Assembly: GCA_036279855.1 (NCBI GenBank)
Contig: DASUIH010000049.1
Coordinates: 11,517-75,516 of the forward strand
Length of the DNA: 64,000 nucleotides
Direction of reading: 5' to 3'
Source of the DNA: Solirubrobacteraceae bacterium
Lineage (GTDB): Bacteria > Actinomycetota > Thermoleophilia > Solirubrobacterales > Solirubrobacteraceae
Both the position numbers and the translations under genes were made by a program. Positions 59,869 through 64,000 of the stretch are shown piece after piece (the stretch's first letter is position 1; the number at the start of each line of letters is the position of its first letter). The notes under the pieces were generated by a model that saw only the letters and a program-made list of their open reading frames with translations, did not search any database and was not told the origin of the DNA.

Positions 59869-60453
59869 ATGAGCCCACTGGTGCCAATGGTGGTCGAGCA
59901 GACCTCGCGCGGTGAGCGCGCCTTTGACATCTACTCGCGCCTGCTCAACGAGCGAATCATCTTCCTCGGCACGCCCGTAGACGACCAGATCGCCAACCTG
60001 ATCGTCGCTCAGCTCCTGCACCTGGAGTCAGAGGATCCGACCAAGGACGTGTCGCTGTACATCAACTCGCCGGGCGGCTCGGTCTACGCCGGCCTGGCGA
60101 TCTACGACACGATGCAGTTCATCAAGCCCGACGTGCAGACGATCTGCGTCGGCATCGCGATGTCGATGGGCGCGCTGCTCCTGGCCGGCGGCGCCGAGGG
60201 CAAGCGAATGGCGCTGCCCAACGCCAAGATCCTGATCCACCAGGTGTCCTCCAGCTTCCAAGGGCAGGCGACCGACATCGAGATCCACGCCAAGGAGATC
60301 ATCGACGTGCGCAAACGGCTCGATGAGATCATCGCCAAGCACACGCACAAGAAGCTTGAGCAGGTCTCCAAAGACACCGAGCGCGACTACTTCATGAGCT
60401 CGGAGGAGGCCAAGGAGTACGGCATCATCGACCGGGTCATCTCCGAACACTAG
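59869..60453 (+). CDS. clpP: ATP-dependent Clp protease proteolytic subunit
   Basis: [35 protein letters not shown]. Confidence 0.98.
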   Translation: MSPLVPMVVEQTSRGERAFDIYSRLLNERIIFLGTPVDDQIANLIVAQLLHLESEDPTKDVSLYINSPGGSVYAGLAIYDTMQFIKPDVQTICVGIAMSMGALLLAGGAEGKRMALPNAKILIHQVSSSFQGQATDIEIHAKEIIDVRKRLDEIIAKHTHKKLEQVSKDTERDYFMSSEEAKEYGIIDRVISEH

Positions 60454-60486
60454 GCACGACAAGGGCTCGACAGGGAGACACTCGCG

Positions 60487-61770
<1,284 letters not shown>

Positions 61771-61772
61771 CT

Positions 61773-62285
61773 TCAGCGCTCTCGCCGCCGATTTCGGCGT
61801 GCCATGTGGCGCGCTGCTTCCAAGGCTTCTACGTCAACTAGGTCCAGCGGCCGGCTCGCGGCGCGCTTCATCGACAGCAGGTCCTCAAGAGCGACGACTC
61901 GGACTGGGAGCCCTTCGTAGTCAACTACTTCCGAGCGACTGCGCAACGTCTCATAGGGCGGCGCCCCGGATGGGTCCACCAGCAGGTCCAATCCGCCGTC
62001 GGTCGTGTCCAACGTGAGGATCTGCACGTGCTTGAGTGTGCGTGGGTCGGGAGTGAACGGCAGGTCCTCGGCTATGCCGCGCAAGCGGGCGCCAGCCGCG
62101 ATCAGCACGGCGCCCAGCGCCTCCAGGTTGTCGGCGTCAGTGGCATAGGTGATGTCGAGGTCCTTGGTGGAGCGGCCGTAGCCCTGCAGTGCGACGGCGA
62201 CTCCGCCGATCACGACGAAGTCCACACGACCTTCGATCAGGCGTCGCAGAAGCGGTACCAGGCGAAGTTCAGGAAAGTCGTTCAC
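61773..62285 (-). CDS. Nucleotidyltransferase-fold protein (AbiEii/MenT-like putative toxin)
   Basis: FVVIGGVAV..G..RSTKDLD motif and C-terminal MKRAASR.LD..D. Confidence 0.75.
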   Translation of the reverse strand: MNDFPELRLVPLLRRLIEGRVDFVVIGGVAVALQGYGRSTKDLDITYATDADNLEALGAVLIAAGARLRGIAEDLPFTPDPRTLKHVQILTLDTTDGGLDLLVDPSGAPPYETLRSRSEVVDYEGLPVRVVALEDLLSMKRAASRPLDLVDVEALEAARHMARRNRRRER

Positions 62286-62616
62286 GCGTACGTTCTCCCG
62301 CTGCCACCAGCTTGCTCATTTCACGTATCTGAAAGTCGAGCTGTCTCAGGCGCTCCGCCGGAGGCAGTTCCAGCTGCTGGCGGATCAGGCTTTCGTCCAC
62401 GCCGGGCTGCCGTGCTGTGGCGGTGAGCGTCAGGCGCTGTCCCGTCGCCCACAGCACGTCGTCGAGCGTGTCCACCGTCGGATTGCTGCCCGGCCGCTCC
62501 AACTTCGCGACCGCGGCCTGGCTCATCCCAAGGCGCTTTCCAAGCTCGGCCTGGCTGAGGCCGGCTTCGTTGCGCGCTTTGCGGATCAGGGCCGCAGCTT
62601 CGGACACGATTTCCAT
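62269..62616 (-). CDS. XRE-family HTH protein (putative antitoxin)
   Basis: IRKARNEAGLSQAELGKRLGMSQAAVAKLE; overlaps the NTase gene by 17 nt. Confidence 0.85.
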   Translation of the reverse strand: MEIVSEAAALIRKARNEAGLSQAELGKRLGMSQAAVAKLERPGSNPTVDTLDDVLWATGQRLTLTATARQPGVDESLIRQQLELPPAERLRQLDFQIREMSKLVAAGERTRERLS

Positions 62617-62619
62617 AGT

Positions 62620-62635
62620 ATAACCTATAAGTTAT
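62620..62635. promoter_or_regulatory. Palindromic operator over the promoter of the HTH-NTase pair
   Basis: ATAAC-N6-GTTAT, 3 nt upstream of the minus-strand ATG, in an AT-rich patch. Confidence 0.55.
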
Positions 62636-62696
62636 GATGACTACTGTCTGCATAGATAAAGCTGTCAGTCCCGCCGACCGACTACCATCCACCGCC

Positions 62697-63377
62697 ATGC
62701 ACGACGAGTTCCGCATCGAGGTCGAGGTCCCGCAAGAGCGCGCGCACGATCTGCTTGACGAGCTGCGCTCGCTGGAAAGGAGTGGCCTGGCCGGTATTCC
62801 TAAGCCCAAGCACGTCGCGGTCAGCCACGAGCACGGGCACGTGTTCCTGTACGCCGACTCGCAGGAGGACACCGCGGCCGCCAAGGCAGCGCTCGCAGCG
62901 ATCCTGGCGCAGCTACAGATCGACGCGACCCCCAGCGCGCATCGCTGGCACCCGGAGGAGGAGCGTTGGGAGGACATCTCCGCGCCGCTGCCCTCCACCG
63001 CTGCCGATCGTCGATCGAAGGGATCGCCGATCGGCCAGCACGAGGCCGAGCACGAGCGGCTGGAGCAACTGGAGGCCAAGGAGTCAGAGCAGGTCGGTCA
63101 CGCCGAGTGGGAAGTGCGCGTGACGCTGCCCAGCCACCACGACGCGCGCGAATTCGCCGAGCGGCTGCAGTCCGAGGGTTATCTGCTGCGCCGGCACTGG
63201 CGCCACCTGCAGCTCGGTGCCCGCGACGAGGACGACGCCAACGCCTTGGCCGCGCGCCTGCGCGCCGAGGCGCCGTCGAACAGCGAGATCGAGGTCGAGG
63301 GCGACGCCGCCGACGCCTGGGCCGAGGTCACCGCGCCGGCTCGACCGTTTTCGGTCTTCGGCGGGCTCGCGCAGTAG
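62697..63377 (+). CDS. Hypothetical protein, two repeated alpha/beta units
   Basis: FRIEVEV..AHDLLDEL and WEVRVTL..AREFAERL repeats; TACCAT 8 nt upstream of ATG. Confidence 0.7.
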   Translation: MHDEFRIEVEVPQERAHDLLDELRSLERSGLAGIPKPKHVAVSHEHGHVFLYADSQEDTAAAKAALAAILAQLQIDATPSAHRWHPEEERWEDISAPLPSTAADRRSKGSPIGQHEAEHERLEQLEAKESEQVGHAEWEVRVTLPSHHDAREFAERLQSEGYLLRRHWRHLQLGARDEDDANALAARLRAEAPSNSEIEVEGDAADAWAEVTAPARPFSVFGGLAQ

Positions 63378-63992
63378 CTACAGGCTCGACTGCACGTGGC
63401 CGCAGTCGCGCATCGCGTAGCGCGACGCGCAGTAGGTCTGGCTTGTCCATCTTTCCCTGAAGCGCGCGACGAAGCGCGCGAGCGCTTCCTGTCGAGCTTT
63501 GGCGCCGCGATGCCCGGCGGCGACTCGCCGTTGGATTCGTTGGCTGAGCATGTCGAGTTCGACGCGCATCAGCAGGTCGGCGACTGTCTGCTTGCTCTTC
63601 TTCAGGAAGCGTTGGAAGTCCCGTCGCCGCGGAAACTGCAGGTGTCGCTCCAGCTCGAACTGCCGATGTACAGCGGCGGGGCTGACGTGGACGTGCAGCG
63701 CCCTGGCTTCCCCCTGTACCCACACGGAGGAGATCAGGAAGCCCATCACCTGCACGAGCAGATCGTGAGCGCTCGGTGGGTGCGCCTTGTCATCGCCGGT
63801 GGCTGCGACTTCGTCCCAGTGCTTGAACGTGGCTTCGGTGAGCGGTCGCGAGCCGACGCAGGCGATCACGACTTCCCCGGGCTCGCTCGCGGCAGTGACT
63901 TCGGCTGTTTCCGCGGGCGGGGGACAGACGGTCGTCGCTTGCGCGCTCGTGGGCACTGCAGCCACCAGCGCGAACAGCGCCATCGTCACCAA
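63378..63992 (-). CDS. PrsA/SurA-N-domain foldase-like protein lacking the PPIase domain (probably 5'-partial)
   Basis: QVMGFLISSVWVQGEA..V..QF..FP...FQRFLK.S..TVADL..RV.LDML; frame remains open to the window edge. Confidence 0.65.
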   Translation of the reverse strand: MVTMALFALVAAVPTSAQATTVCPPPAETAEVTAASEPGEVVIACVGSRPLTEATFKHWDEVAATGDDKAHPPSAHDLLVQVMGFLISSVWVQGEARALHVHVSPAAVHRQFELERHLQFPRRRDFQRFLKKSKQTVADLLMRVELDMLSQRIQRRVAAGHRGAKARQEALARFVARFRERWTSQTYCASRYAMRDCGHVQSSL

Positions 63993-64000
63993 CCGCGCGG

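Overview
High-GC actinobacterial chromosomal window; gene content and style suggest Thermoleophilia/Solirubrobacterales (inference). Most of it is housekeeping: lon, pntAAB, glpD-folP, a dcw cluster running mraZ to murB without murF/ddl/ftsQAZ, and tig-clpP-clpX. There is also a cobalamin-riboswitch-controlled ECF uptake operon. The standout is 6.6-21 kb: a Gram-positive-type mating-pair-formation (T4SS) operon (sigma-like regulator, TcpC-, pilin-, TcpE-, VirB4-, VirB6-like genes, wall hydrolase) with no integrase, relaxase or coupling protein of its own. Its VirB4 ATPase gene is split inside the Walker B motif by a 5,482-bp large-serine-recombinase element at a TT core. Precise excision would restore an in-frame 811-aa VirB4. 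The element carries the missing parts (coupling protein and Replic_Relax-like protein, each with one inactivating lesion), an excisionase-like HTH, a toxin-antitoxin pair and a hairpin array. Other oddities are a Rho paralogue with a degenerate ATPase, an ECF S-component fused to an extracellular helical-barrel domain next to DUF4430 proteins, a gene relic inside the dcw cluster, and two 25-bp bidirectional leaderless promoters. No CRISPR array, rRNA or tRNA was recognised. Family assignments are by motif recognition only; no searches were run.
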